Part shown: piece by piece, positions 13,397 to 25,149 of the stretch | Position numbering within the stretch: position 1 is the stretch's first letter | Layout: each line of letters starts with the position of its first letter | NCBI GenBank assembly: GCA_951406725.2 | Contig: OX597835.1 | Coordinates: forward strand, 47,554,001-47,618,000 | Direction of reading: 5' to 3' | Source of the DNA: Octopus vulgaris | Taxonomy: Eukaryota | DNA length: 64,000 nucleotides | Translations under genes and position numbers: made by a program | Notes under the pieces: model-generated | Told to the model about the DNA's origin: nothing | The model's input: only the letters and a program-made list of their open reading frames with translations | Database searches by the model: none

Positions 13397-14085
13397 TGTA
13401 GTAGTAGTAGTTGTAGTAGAAAAAGAAGAAACTGAAAAGAAGGGAGAAAAGAAAAAGAATCAAGAGAAAAATGGGAAGAGGAGGAGGAGAAGGAAGTAGT
13501 AGTAGTAGTAGTAATAGAAAAAGAAGAAGAAGAAGAAAGAAAGAAGGAAAGAAAGAAAAAACAACGGAGAAAAGAAGCAGATGGTGAAGAAAGAAGAAAG
13601 TAGAAAAGAAATCGATCTCAATGAATGACTGATATTTTACCTCAAAGAGATGACGGTCGAAGTAACTGCGTTGGGAATCGAACACAGAACGCAAAGAACT
13701 GAAACGGATTATATGAAGGAATCTTGTCGGCGCTGAATTTCGCTAATTCACCGAGCTTGACGCTTAGAATAACAATAGCAAAACCTATCAGGATGGTTGA
13801 TCGATTGAAATGGATTCCAGTATTTGACGAAAAGTTTATTTATTGATCGCCCAAAAGATGAGAGGATGAAGTAGGCAAGAACGGGGTTTGAACGCGGAAC
13901 CTAAAACCCCGAAAGAGATGAGAAACGGTACTTTGTTTGATGCCCCAACAACTCCGCTAGTTGGGTGCATGACGGGAGACATAGAAAATATGATTGATCA
14001 AGGTTGGACCTATTTTCCTCATGGATCTGCCCGATAAGACCTGACTTGGGATTAAAAAGAACACCCCCCTCCCCAGAAAACAGGC

Positions 14086-14247
14086 AGAGGCGCGGCTGTG
14101 TGGTAAGACGTTTACTGCCCAAACACATGGTTTGGGGTTCAGTCCTCCCACGTGGCACCTTGGGTGAGTGTTTTCTGCTATAGCCTCAAAAGGACCAAAG
14201 ACTTCTGAGTGGATTTGGTTGACGGAAACTGAAAGAAGCCCGTCGTA
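14086..14247 (+). mobile_element. SINE family B, 5' half
   Basis: GCGGCTGTGTGGTAAG...GGTTCAGTCC...CACCTTGGG...GACGGAAACTGAAAGAAGCCCGTCG. Confidence 0.82.
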
Positions 14248-14261
14248 TATATATATCTACA

Positions 14262-14342
<81 letters not shown>

Positions 14343-14441
14343 GTATATATATATATGTATATATATATGTGTGTGTGTGTGTGTGTACTGTTGCGATTAT
14401 TTTCCTCCGTCTTCCCTTCTCTGGATCTTTCCTTTACGTAT

Positions 14442-14476
14442 GTTTCTGACGAAGAGCTCCTCTCGAAACGTTAAAC
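14442..14476 (+). ncRNA. Minimal type I hammerhead ribozyme
   Basis: GTTT-CTGACGA-A-GAG-CTCCT-CTC-GAAAC-GTT-AAAC; intact core, stem I GUUU/AAAC, palindromic AACGUU stem III. Confidence 0.7.
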
Positions 14477-14566
14477 CCTCCTTCTTTCCTGAGCGTCCAA
14501 TAACACTATACATGTTCCACGTCCTCGCGTTGTTGTGTTTTCTCTTTGTGTTTTCATGTTTGTTAA

Positions 14567-14671
<105 letters not shown>

Positions 14672-14733
14672 TCAATAACACTATACTTGTTCCACGTCCT
14701 CCGTTGTTGTGTTTTCCTTTGTGTTTCATGTTA

Positions 14734-14826
<93 letters not shown>

Positions 14827-14881
14827 ACTGTTGGCGATTTTTTCCTCCGTCTTCCCTTCTCTGGATCTTTCCTTTACGTAT

Positions 14882-14916
14882 GTTTCTGACGAAGAGCTCC
14901 GCTCGAAACGTTAAAC
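14882..14916 (+). ncRNA. Minimal type I hammerhead ribozyme
   Basis: GTTT-CTGACGA-A-GAGC-TCC-GCTC-GAAAC-GTT-AAAC; intact core, 4-bp stems I and II. Confidence 0.75.
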
Positions 14917-15589
14917 CCTCCTTCTTTCCTGAGCGTCCAATAACACTATACTTGTTCCACGTCCTCGCGTTGTTGTGTTTTCTCTTTGTGTTTTCATGTT
15001 TGGATTAATTTAATATATATATATATAGAGAGAGAGATGTATATATATACATGTATATATATATATTTTTATTAAACTTTCAGCTCAGAGCTGCGACCAT
15101 GCTGATGCACCGCCGTTTGCAAATATCGTTGCTGTTATGTAAAACTATCGTATGTCCAAATTTGGCCAAATGCATTTTTTTCAATATTTATTTTTTCTTG
15201 CAATAGCCGGTTCTTTTGGTCAGACTATCGTATCTCCAGCTGCTCCAGATGCCAAAATATCAAAACCTGTTAAAGTGTAGGTTGATTTGTTCAATAAAAT
15301 TTCTCCAAGGTGGTGGCCCGTCATGGCCACAATCAAATGACTGAAGCAAGTCAAACATGAAAGATAAACGAACAAAACCACAACTGGATACTGTAACCAA
15401 TTGGTGACCAACTGGCCGAGTCGTTGTAGGCTCAGATAAATTGCTTTATGGCAATTATTCCGGCCGTCTACGGATTGAGTTCAAATCCCGCTGAAGTCAC
15501 TGTCTCCTTTCTTCGTTCCGGGATCTATAAATTGCTATCGGCTTCATCTCGTATCCCGAGAATGTATTTCCTTCTTTGCCGAACGCTTC

Positions 15590-15975
15590 CTTTCTGGTGA
15601 TGCCGTCGATGACTCTGAAGACCAATTCTTGCAGAGAAGATGGCATCGACTGCCGGGCAATGCTGATGGAGGAAGAGGTTGATTTTGTTCAGCCTTTCTT
15701 TCCTGTCCTATGATTCCTTTCTTTTCTCTTCTGATGGCTTCGAAGATTTTAGTTCCGATGGTGATGGAACACCGCCACTTGGTACGGTCTCGGGCTAGTG
15801 TTTCAAACTACTTAGGTTCAATTCCAGTGACTTTCAGTGTTGCTTTTAATTGGTCTTTGTATCTTCGAAGAGGGCAACCCCGATTCCTTTTCACTTTCCT
15901 TCAGGGAATTAGACTTGACGTGGGAAACTTGACTCTTCTTTTCTTGCTATATGTCCCGACCACTGAAGACCATCA
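15590..15975 (-). mobile_element. RTE (BovB-like) LINE 3' fragment
   Basis: LQWSGHIARKEE, RGCPLRRYKDQLKATLK, LARDRTKWR and C-terminal FSARIGLQSHRRH. Confidence 0.8.
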
Positions 15976-16703
15976 ATAATATACCAGTAATGAACTGAGG
16001 TTGAGGTCGATTCTTCTTTGCCAATTGTTTCTATCCCCTTTGAGTCTCTTTCCGAAGAAATCAGCTTTTTTCGACCAGGGTAGAGACAGGACTCAATTAG
16101 GTTGAAAAAGTCCCAAGCCATACTGTATGTCACACATATGATCCTCCGACTCCATCATGGGATTGAGGGGACGTTCTTTACGTTCTGTGTTCAATTCCCA
16201 GGTGAGGCGAAGAAACAACGAAACATCTTCACAAAGAATGAACTTGATAAGAATTGCGACTAAAATCTCGCTTGATTCAAATGATCTCACAAATTCTTAA
16301 ACACAGAATCCCACATTGGATAATGTAACCTGTGCTAGATACAAATATTTATAGATGGAGTGGACATGGCTGGAGCGCTTATGATCTTCAGACGGAGAGG
16401 CTCAGAGTAACGACTCGTGGAAGTTTCAACTTTCAATAAATTGTATTTTGATACTCCTTTCGCCATCGAGTACTTTCCTTTCAATTTCTTCTACACTCTT
16501 GCGTTTTACATACACACGCACACACACATATATGCATATATACATATGTAAAGATTTATATATACACATATATGCATGATATATATATATATATATATAT
16601 GCATACATATATATATATATATGCATACACACAAACACACACTTATATACATACACACATACATAAATATAAATACATAATATATATATATACATTCATA
16701 TAT

Positions 16704-16751
<48 letters not shown>

Positions 16752-17269
16752 CACACACTCATAAAATCTCTGCCACGTACAGTTAGCACCAATCCTACAA
16801 CAACTAAGAACCATCATCACATCCACCAACACCACCCTGACCACTGTCCCCATCACCACCACCACCACAACAACGACGAGGTCGTGTACCATCATGCCCA
16901 CCGTCACCATTCATTCCGCTTCTACTAATACCATGGTCTACTAAGAACAACAACAACAACAGTAGCGCCATCTACGTCAGATTTGAGTAAAAGATAACGT
17001 TGAAGACGGCTGTGTCGTCCCAGTGGAGCGATTCTCTCTCAGTTTTACCTAAGTTTAGCGTTCCTCTGAAGCGTGCTTGAAATACTCTGGGGACGTGGCC
17101 CACATGGCACGGCCGTCAATAAGTGCCACAGGGCGAAATACAGCAACAACAACAACGACAATTCCAAGAATAATAAAACTGCGATTGATAGAAGGAGCAA
17201 CAACGATTTGAAAGAGCAACCAACGACAGTAACATCTGTATTAGCAACAGTAAAAATGAGCAACGCTGA

Positions 17270-17655
17270 AGATGATGATGATGATGATGACGATGATGAT
17301 GATGATGATGATGAAGACGACACCGATGATGACTATGTTGATGAAAAAGATAAATGAAACAAGAAGAAGAAGAAGAAGAAGAAGAAGAAGAAGAAGAAGA
17401 AGAAGAAGAAGAAGAAGAAGAAGAAGAAGAAAATGATAAAGAACGAGAAGTAGAACAGCAGCAAAAAACTGCATAGAAGAGGAGCAGTGGCAGGAGCAAG
17501 AAGAACAATGACAACAATAACAAGAGCAAGATTAAAAACAAAATGACGTCGATGACGATGATGGTGGGAGACAGTGAAAGTGAGGTTGATGTCTTTGATG
17601 CCGTTGAGGAAGGGGAAGAGGAAGGGGAAGGATGATGAAGAAAGAAAGAAGAAGA

Positions 17656-17690
<35 letters not shown>

Positions 17691-17832
17691 AAGAAGAAGA
17701 AGAAGAAGAAGAAGAAGAAGAAGAAGAAGAAGAAGAAGAAGAAGAAGAAGAAGAAGAAGAAGAAGAAGAAGAAGAAGAAGAAGAAGAAGAAGAAGAAGAA
17801 GAAGAAGAAGAAGAAGAAGAAGAAGAAGAAGA
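17270..17832. repeat. (GAT)n, (GAA)n and (GTA)n tracts; long (GAA)n at ~17690-17832
   Basis: Direct reading. Confidence 0.95.
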
Positions 17833-17999
17833 GGGAGAAAGGAAGAACCTAATTATATTTGATTAGAATTAAGCGCGGTTTCACTTATGTATCTATTGTT
17901 GTCAATATGTTATTCATTCGTATTAATGTTAGCAATATACTAGTCATATGTATTAGTATGTTATGCACATGTTATATGTATTAATATGTATTAATAAGT

Positions 18000-18776
18000 C
18001 AGCATGTGGTGTTTGATTGCGGTTTAAAAACTCAAAACGAACAATACCGCGGTGGTTCCACCATACTCACAACATAACCATCCTCCTCTGGAGCTCAGCT
18101 TTTGTGGTCGGTTGTCGAGATTTATCCTTGTCAATCCACTGCCTTTTGCGTTGAACATTGTCATAAAAGACCCCTTTTTTCACTACCTGTAATGATATTA
18201 GTAAGAAACGGGTCATTTCTCTGCCTTAAAAAAGACTTGTCGCTATGGACAAGCGACCTTCCCTATTCTTCTTACTAAGTATACGGGGGACCCGAACACC
18301 CAGCTTGCAGTCTTTCCCTATGTTTTCCAAGTGGCGGCAGATGGTGGATTGGGATGTGCTGAGGTCAATTGCTACTTCCCGAGTACTTTTACAAGGATTG
18401 AATTCTGTTAATTCTCTTAAAGCATCTAGATCGAAGTCTGATTTGATCTCTCAATAAAAAATCTAAAGAACGAAACTTTAAAAACAATTTCGCACTTACC
18501 GGTCAGTAATGCCACCTTCTTCAGAGACACTGCGCCTTTCCTTAGTTAATTTTCTGGCATTTTTCCTATTCTTAATCTCCCACAACATCACATGTCGAAA
18601 ATGCGCTTTCAGTTTATCCATTTTAGGGGAGTGAATTTTGGTATTAAACTATGATGTGCACGCTTTCACTGCTTAAATATGAAGGTCGGATGAGATTCTT
18701 TTAAAAACGGTGGTTTCCATTTGAATATTAAGCAACCGAAGTTCGAAAAAACGTAAATAATTTATGATGCAACCCA

Positions 18777-18778
<2 letters not shown>
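18000..18778 (-). mobile_element. mariner-family DNA transposon relic (5' half of transposase)
   Basis: LGVRVPRIL (WVPHEL-like), NDPFLTNIITGSEK / VFYDNVQRKRQWIDKD; TIR-like TATTGGGTTGCATCATAAATT at right end. Confidence 0.8.
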
Positions 18779-18831
<53 letters not shown>

Positions 18832-18839
<8 letters not shown>

Positions 18840-18973
18840 TTGGAATTTAGGGTATCTAAGAGATACCACCACGCTGGAAATAGCAGTCAAAACATGTGAT
18901 TTTAGAGTCAGGTTTTGACTGGTATTTCCAGCGTGGTGGTATCTCTTAGATAACCTAAATTATAATTTTAATA
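18832..18973. mobile_element. Near-perfect palindromic (foldback) element
   Basis: ~60-bp arms, e.g. TATCTAAGAGATACCACCACGCTGGAAATA / TATTTCCAGCGTGGTGGTATCTCTTAGATA, with ~20-nt loop. Confidence 0.8.
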
Positions 18974-19049
18974 ATGATTATTACCCTTGAAAGTTTTTGT
19001 TCCCATGCTGGCCACTTGATAAGATCGATATTTTAATTAACGATGTATG

Positions 19050-19114
<65 letters not shown>

Positions 19115-19191
19115 ATTTGTATATATATATATGTATGTATATATATATATGTATATATATATGTATATATATATATGATATATATATATAT

Positions 19192-19548
19192 CATTTGACT
19201 GCGGCCATGCTGGAGTACCGCTTTTAGTCGAACAAATCTACTCCAGGACTTTGTAAGCCTAGTACTTATTCTATCGGTCTCTTTTGCCGAACTGCTAAGT
19301 TACGGGATATAATCACATGAAGATCGGTTGTCAAGCGATGGAGGGACGAATAGAGACACGAACACACACACATAAACATATATGTATATATATATATTCG
19401 ACGGGCTTCGCTCAGTTTCCGTCTACCAAATCTACTCACAAGGCTTTGGTCGGCCCAAGGCTATTGTGGAAGGCACTTGCCCAAAAGCGCAACGCAGTGG
19501 GACTGAACCGGGAACCATGTGGTCGGGATGCAAGCTTCTTACCACACA
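19192..19548 (-). mobile_element. SINE family B, near full length
   Basis: Reverse complement of the family B head, core and tail. Confidence 0.88.
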
Positions 19549-19645
19549 ACTATAAAACAAAAGTAAAAACATGCAGCAGTAAGCATAAAGGTACCCTGAT
19601 AGAAGCTTGAGCAAGTAAAACGATGCAAGTATTTAGGACTAAGAA

Positions 19646-20590
19646 CACTGGTTTTCAAAACATTTTTTTTTTTTTTTTGCTCTGAGGCAAGGACGTGAAT
19701 AGGCGATTTTTTTTACTAATTTTGATGCGATGAATTCAGTTTTCTGAACAGTTTTGTTCTATCACCTCTCGTTTTTTGCTTTTGCTTTCACATTTCCCAT
19801 TTTAATTATACTGCATATATATTCAAAATATGTTTATTTCATCTGTTACGAAGGCATATTACAGAAAAAAACCAGCATAAATACAGAACTTTGATGGAAC
19901 AAAATTACACACAAATCATAGTACAGAAGATTGTTAGGAGAGAGTTTTTTTTGGACAACTTTGTGTACTTTGCCTCCGGGATGTCACGCAAGAACATTCA
20001 GCAAAAGTCTCCTATCAATCTAGGGTTCCCCTTGCCTTGATAGTTTCTCTTCATCTCAGTAATATCTTGGTGGAACCTTTCTCCATGCTCATCACTCATT
20101 GCGCCAAGCTTTAGAGGGAAGAAGTTGTGGTGGGAGTGGAGAAGGTGAATTTTGAGTGACATTCGGCATCCCACATCCTCATAAGGCTGTAACAACTTCT
20201 CCATGCACTCTTGGTAATTTAGTACGCGTGTGTTGCCAAGGAAACCAGAGCAGACTGACTAAAATGCTTCCCATGCTCTCAGTTCCTATAAGGTAAGAAG
20301 CTGCTCAAATTCGTTCTAATCCTTCAGCACCTCTCCGATCTGAGGTTCGACGATGCTGCCCTCATTGAGCCTAGCAGAACTCAGAGCTGGTAACAGAGTG
20401 CACAAGTGTTGGAAGGTAGCGCCATTTTTGTCCATGGCCTTCACGAAATTCTTCATTAAACCAAGCTTGATATAAAGAGGAGGAACAAGCAGCTCGTTCC
20501 TATCCACCAGAGGATTTCCTTGGACATTGTGTTTATCAGGCACAAAAGTGCTCTTAGATCCCCAGTCTTTCTACTTCTGTTAAGTTTGAC
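19646..20590 (-). mobile_element. Chapaev3-like (CMC) DNA transposon relic, transposase C-terminal half
   Basis: VPPLYIKLGLMKNFVKAMDK and GCRMSLKIHLLHSH...LGAMSDEHGERFHQDI motifs; CACTGG terminus at 19646; stops and frameshifts. Confidence 0.75.
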
Positions 20591-20639
20591 CACTGTCTGT
20601 CTATCTGTCTGTCTGTCTGTCTATCTGTCTGTCTGTCTG

Positions 20640-20690
<51 letters not shown>

Positions 20691-20735
20691 ATCAATCTGT
20701 CTATCTAGATGTCTTTTTAGCTGTCTATCTGTCTG

Positions 20736-20792
<57 letters not shown>

Positions 20793-20800
20793 ATATCTAC

Positions 20801-20854
<54 letters not shown>

Positions 20855-21281
20855 CTGTCTGTCTATCTATCTATCTATCTCTCACTCTCCCTCTCTCTCT
20901 ATGTATATATATATCCGTCTTTCTAGCTTCCTTTCTATATAAACTGAATACATGCAAGTAACTGAGGTTCTCATTACACACACACACACACACATAAAGA
21001 TATGTAAACATGTATTATGTATGTATGTACGCACACACACACACACGCACACATACACATGTGTGCAAATATATATCATGGAAAAGCATATATTTATTTC
21101 TATATATACATGTGTACGTATATAAACAAGCTGAAGAGTTGCACGTGTATATGTGTCTCCATATATTTGTGAGTGTGCGTATGACTATGTGTGAACATGT
21201 GAATACGATTGCATATATCAATAAATATGTAATGCATTTGTGTAAATACACACAACACACACACACATATATATATATATA

Positions 21282-21455
<174 letters not shown>

Positions 21456-22220
21456 GTATGTATATGTACACTTATATAGATATGGATGTAAACACACCTG
21501 TCCATACACATATCCAAACCCATGAAAAATATGTATGTAGTCGAATCAAATAACAGACATGATAATCTCAAAGAAATCTACCGGACTTTCGTGTGTGTAT
21601 ATAGTTTATGTATAACAAACACGTATAGGTATTAATTGCATGAGAATTCACGATTCGCGTATCGAAGCGTTCTGTCGAAAATATATCGTTTCTTTTGGTT
21701 AGCGATAAAATATAAACCACAAAATACAAAACAAGCATCAAACTCAGATGGAAGTTGTCCCACGGGCCAAAAGAACGCGCAATATGACAGTTGGACAAAT
21801 ATAGGATTCTTTTGTTGTATATGTTGATCTCTGGGCCTCTGTGAGTTCCACCAGAAACCCTAACATCGTCCGCCTTATCTCTTACATTTCTTTATAGTTC
21901 GGCGTGTGGTGGTGCTGTAGGTGGTGGTGGAGGTGGTGGTGATCACAGTGTTAGTGGAGGGGTTAATGGTGGTAGTGGTGATAGTAGTGTTTGTGGTGGT
22001 GGTGGTGGCGGTGATGTTGGCAGTATTAATAGTGGTAGAAATGGTAAGGTTAGCGTTGATGGTAGTGTAGGTGGTAGTCTTCTTAGCGGTGGTCTTTTGG
22101 TGGTGGTATTAGTGGTGATGGTTGTGCTGGTGGTAGTAGCCTTAGTGTTTCTCTAGTGGCGGTTACGGTTCGTTTCTCTCTCCTTCATTTTTTCCTCTTT
22201 ATTTCGTTCATTCATTCTTC

Positions 22221-22565
22221 GTGAAGTTCCGTCAACACGGCACCGTCTATTGTTGGCGGGGTGGGGGGGGGACGGTCGCCGGGGACGGTGACAGCTTCTT
22301 TCGCTTAGTCTTTCCTTCTTTCTCTTATTCTTTCCTTCATTCTTTTCTTTCTCTCTCCTTCGATTCCTTTTTCTTTCCGTTTTCTTTCACACTCTTCCTC
22401 CTCCTCTTACCCAACCCTTTTCTTAGTCTTTCTTTCTTAACATTCTCTCGTCTGTTCTCTTCTTTCTCCCTTTCATTCTTCCTCTCTAGCTCTCCATCGT
22501 TTCTTCCTTCTTACAATAGCTCTTCACTCTTTCGTTCCGTTGTTCCGCTGTACATTTCTTTCTTT

Positions 22566-22596
<31 letters not shown>

Positions 22597-22612
22597 TTTC
22601 TTTCTTCCTTCC

Positions 22613-22685
<73 letters not shown>

Positions 22686-22815
22686 TTTCTTTTCTTTCTT
22701 TCCTTCTTCTCTCATTTCCTTCTTTCTTTCATTTTCTTCTGTTCTTCCTTCCTTCCTCTCTTCCTTTGTTTGTTTGTTTCTTTCTTCCGTTCTTTCTTGT
22801 TTTTCTTCTGCTTCT

Positions 22816-22859
<44 letters not shown>

Positions 22860-23663
22860 TCGTTCTTTCTTACTTTCTTTCTTTCCTTCCTCCTTTCATT
22901 CTTTCTTTTTTTCTTCTGTTTTTTCCTTTCTTCTTTCTTTCTTTCTTTCTTCCGCTCGTTCGGTCGTTCGTTCGTTCGTTCCTTCCTTCCTATACTAAAA
23001 CTTCGCCCCAAAACTTTCCCCCCCTCAATATATTCTCATCTGATCGATGGTTCTCTTATCTATATTCTGTTATCATTAGTATTACTGTTGTTGAAAAAAA
23101 ACCCCCAGAAAACATAAAAATATAAATAAAAATACTGAAAAAGAAAAAACCGAAACGACATCAACTTACATCCACCCTTTTACCACCCTCCAACCAAGCA
23201 GTCAGCTAACAAAAACTTTTTCTACAATTGACTTTGCTTCCCCCCATCACTCCACCATCCTCCACCACCCACCACAATATCACTATTTACAAGAAACCAA
23301 AGGAAATAAAGCAAAAACCACAAACAAAAACCACACTCACTAAAAAAAAAAACCCACATCAAACGCTTCCATATAACATTTGCTGACCCCTGATGTTAGA
23401 ATCTGTTGTATCTAACCACCACCACCACCACCACCACCACCACCACCATTACTATTATCATTACCAACAACTGCATTTTGTAGGTCCTTTATTGTTTGTC
23501 TTTGTCATTGCCACCGCCGCCGCCGCCGCCGCCACCACCACTGCCATTGCCGTCTCCGCCGCCGCTGCTGCCGCCGCCGTATCCTGGGCTGTCACCGTCC
23601 CCGGCGACCCTCCCTCCCCCCACGCCCACCTTAATAGACCGTGCCGTGTTGACGGAACTTCAC
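22221..23663. repeat. Long-range GC-rich inverted repeat (arms 22221-22295 and 23588-23663)
   Basis: Perfect 23-bp, 7-bp and 22-bp complementary blocks plus G-run/C-run pairing; 1292-nt low-complexity spacer. Confidence 0.92.
22300..22990. repeat. ~700-bp polypyrimidine (TTTC)n-rich tract
   Basis: Direct reading. Confidence 0.95.
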
Positions 23664-24015
23664 AAAAACCTCTGTCTGAAGCTCTCCCGAGTATTACATG
23701 TGATAATCTATTATCAGAACAACATTACATCCATGTAACATTTGTACGTGTGTGTGTATATGTATGTATGTATGTATGTACGTATGTATGTATGTATGTA
23801 TGTATGTATGTATGTATGCACGTATGTATGTATGTATGTATGTATGTATGTATGTATGTATGTATGTATGTATGTATGTATGTATGTATGTATGTATGTA
23901 TGTATGTATGTATGTATGTATGTATGTATGTATGTATCTGTACGTATGTATGTATGTGTGTGCTTAGACATATGTATATAAATATATCTAAATACAGACA
24001 TACATACATATACAA

Positions 24016-24049
<34 letters not shown>

Positions 24050-24185
24050 GTATATGTGTGTGCGTGTGTGTGTATGTATATGTGCGTAAGTATATACATT
24101 TATATATTTATATCTGTATATACGTAATTTATGTGTGTATGTTAGTGTGTGTGTGTGTATATATGAATAGGACTGCGAAAGTGAC

Positions 24186-24242
<57 letters not shown>

Positions 24243-24547
24243 ATACTTACACACACGCACACATACACACACATATATATGTCTTCGTGTGTTTTACTAT
24301 TTGCTGACGACTTGGTTCAATCCTCTGCTGAACGTCAAAGAAGACCAACGATATTTTCACAACAAACACCATTTCTAACCCCCTTTCCCCCCTTCCCCCC
24401 TCACCCCCACCCCATAATTTCACCCGACACCCCGACACCCTGACACCCCGACACCTCCACACCGCGACCGAACATAAAACGAAACAAATATTTATTGAAA
24501 CTTTAGTTGTTGCAATAGCAGTTGTTGTAGCAGCAGACGCATCACCG

Positions 24548-24579
<32 letters not shown>

Positions 24580-24684
24580 CCCCTCCTCCTCTTCTCGTCT
24601 CATCATCATTAGTAGTAATAGTACTTGTAGTAACCACAGTACTAATAGTACCAGCAACAGCAGCAGCAGCAGTAGTAGTAGTAA

Positions 24685-24883
24685 TTTCAAATTTTGGCAC
24701 AAGGCCAGTAATGTCAGAAATGGGTGATAGTCGATTACGTCGACCCCCAGTGTTTCACTGGTACTTATTTCATCGACCCCTAGAGGATGAAAAGCAAAGT
24801 CGACCTCGGCGGAATTTGAACTCAGAACGTAATGTCGCTAAACATTCTGTTCGGCGTGCTAACGATTCTGCCATATCGCTGCC
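24685..24883 (-). mobile_element. SINE family A
   Basis: GATGAAAAGCAAAGTCGACCTCGGCGGAATTTGAACTC. Confidence 0.88.
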
Positions 24884-24907
24884 TTAATCATCATCATCAT
24901 CATCATC

Positions 24908-25037
<130 letters not shown>

Positions 25038-25149
25038 GAAGAAGAAGAAGAAGAAGAAGAAGAATAATAATAATAAGGAGAAGAAGAATATTAATAATGA
25101 TAATGATAATAATAATAATGATGATGATGGTAATGATAATAATATTAAT

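Noticed and set aside
22221-23117. 298-aa ORF starting exactly at the left duplex arm
   Set aside because: GTG start; open only because (TTTC)n lacks stop codons
23393-24127. 244-aa His/Ala-rich ORF resembling a transcription-factor N-terminus
   Set aside because: Built from (CAC)n, (GCC)n and (TATG)n with no recognisable domain; the unique part is explained by the duplex arm
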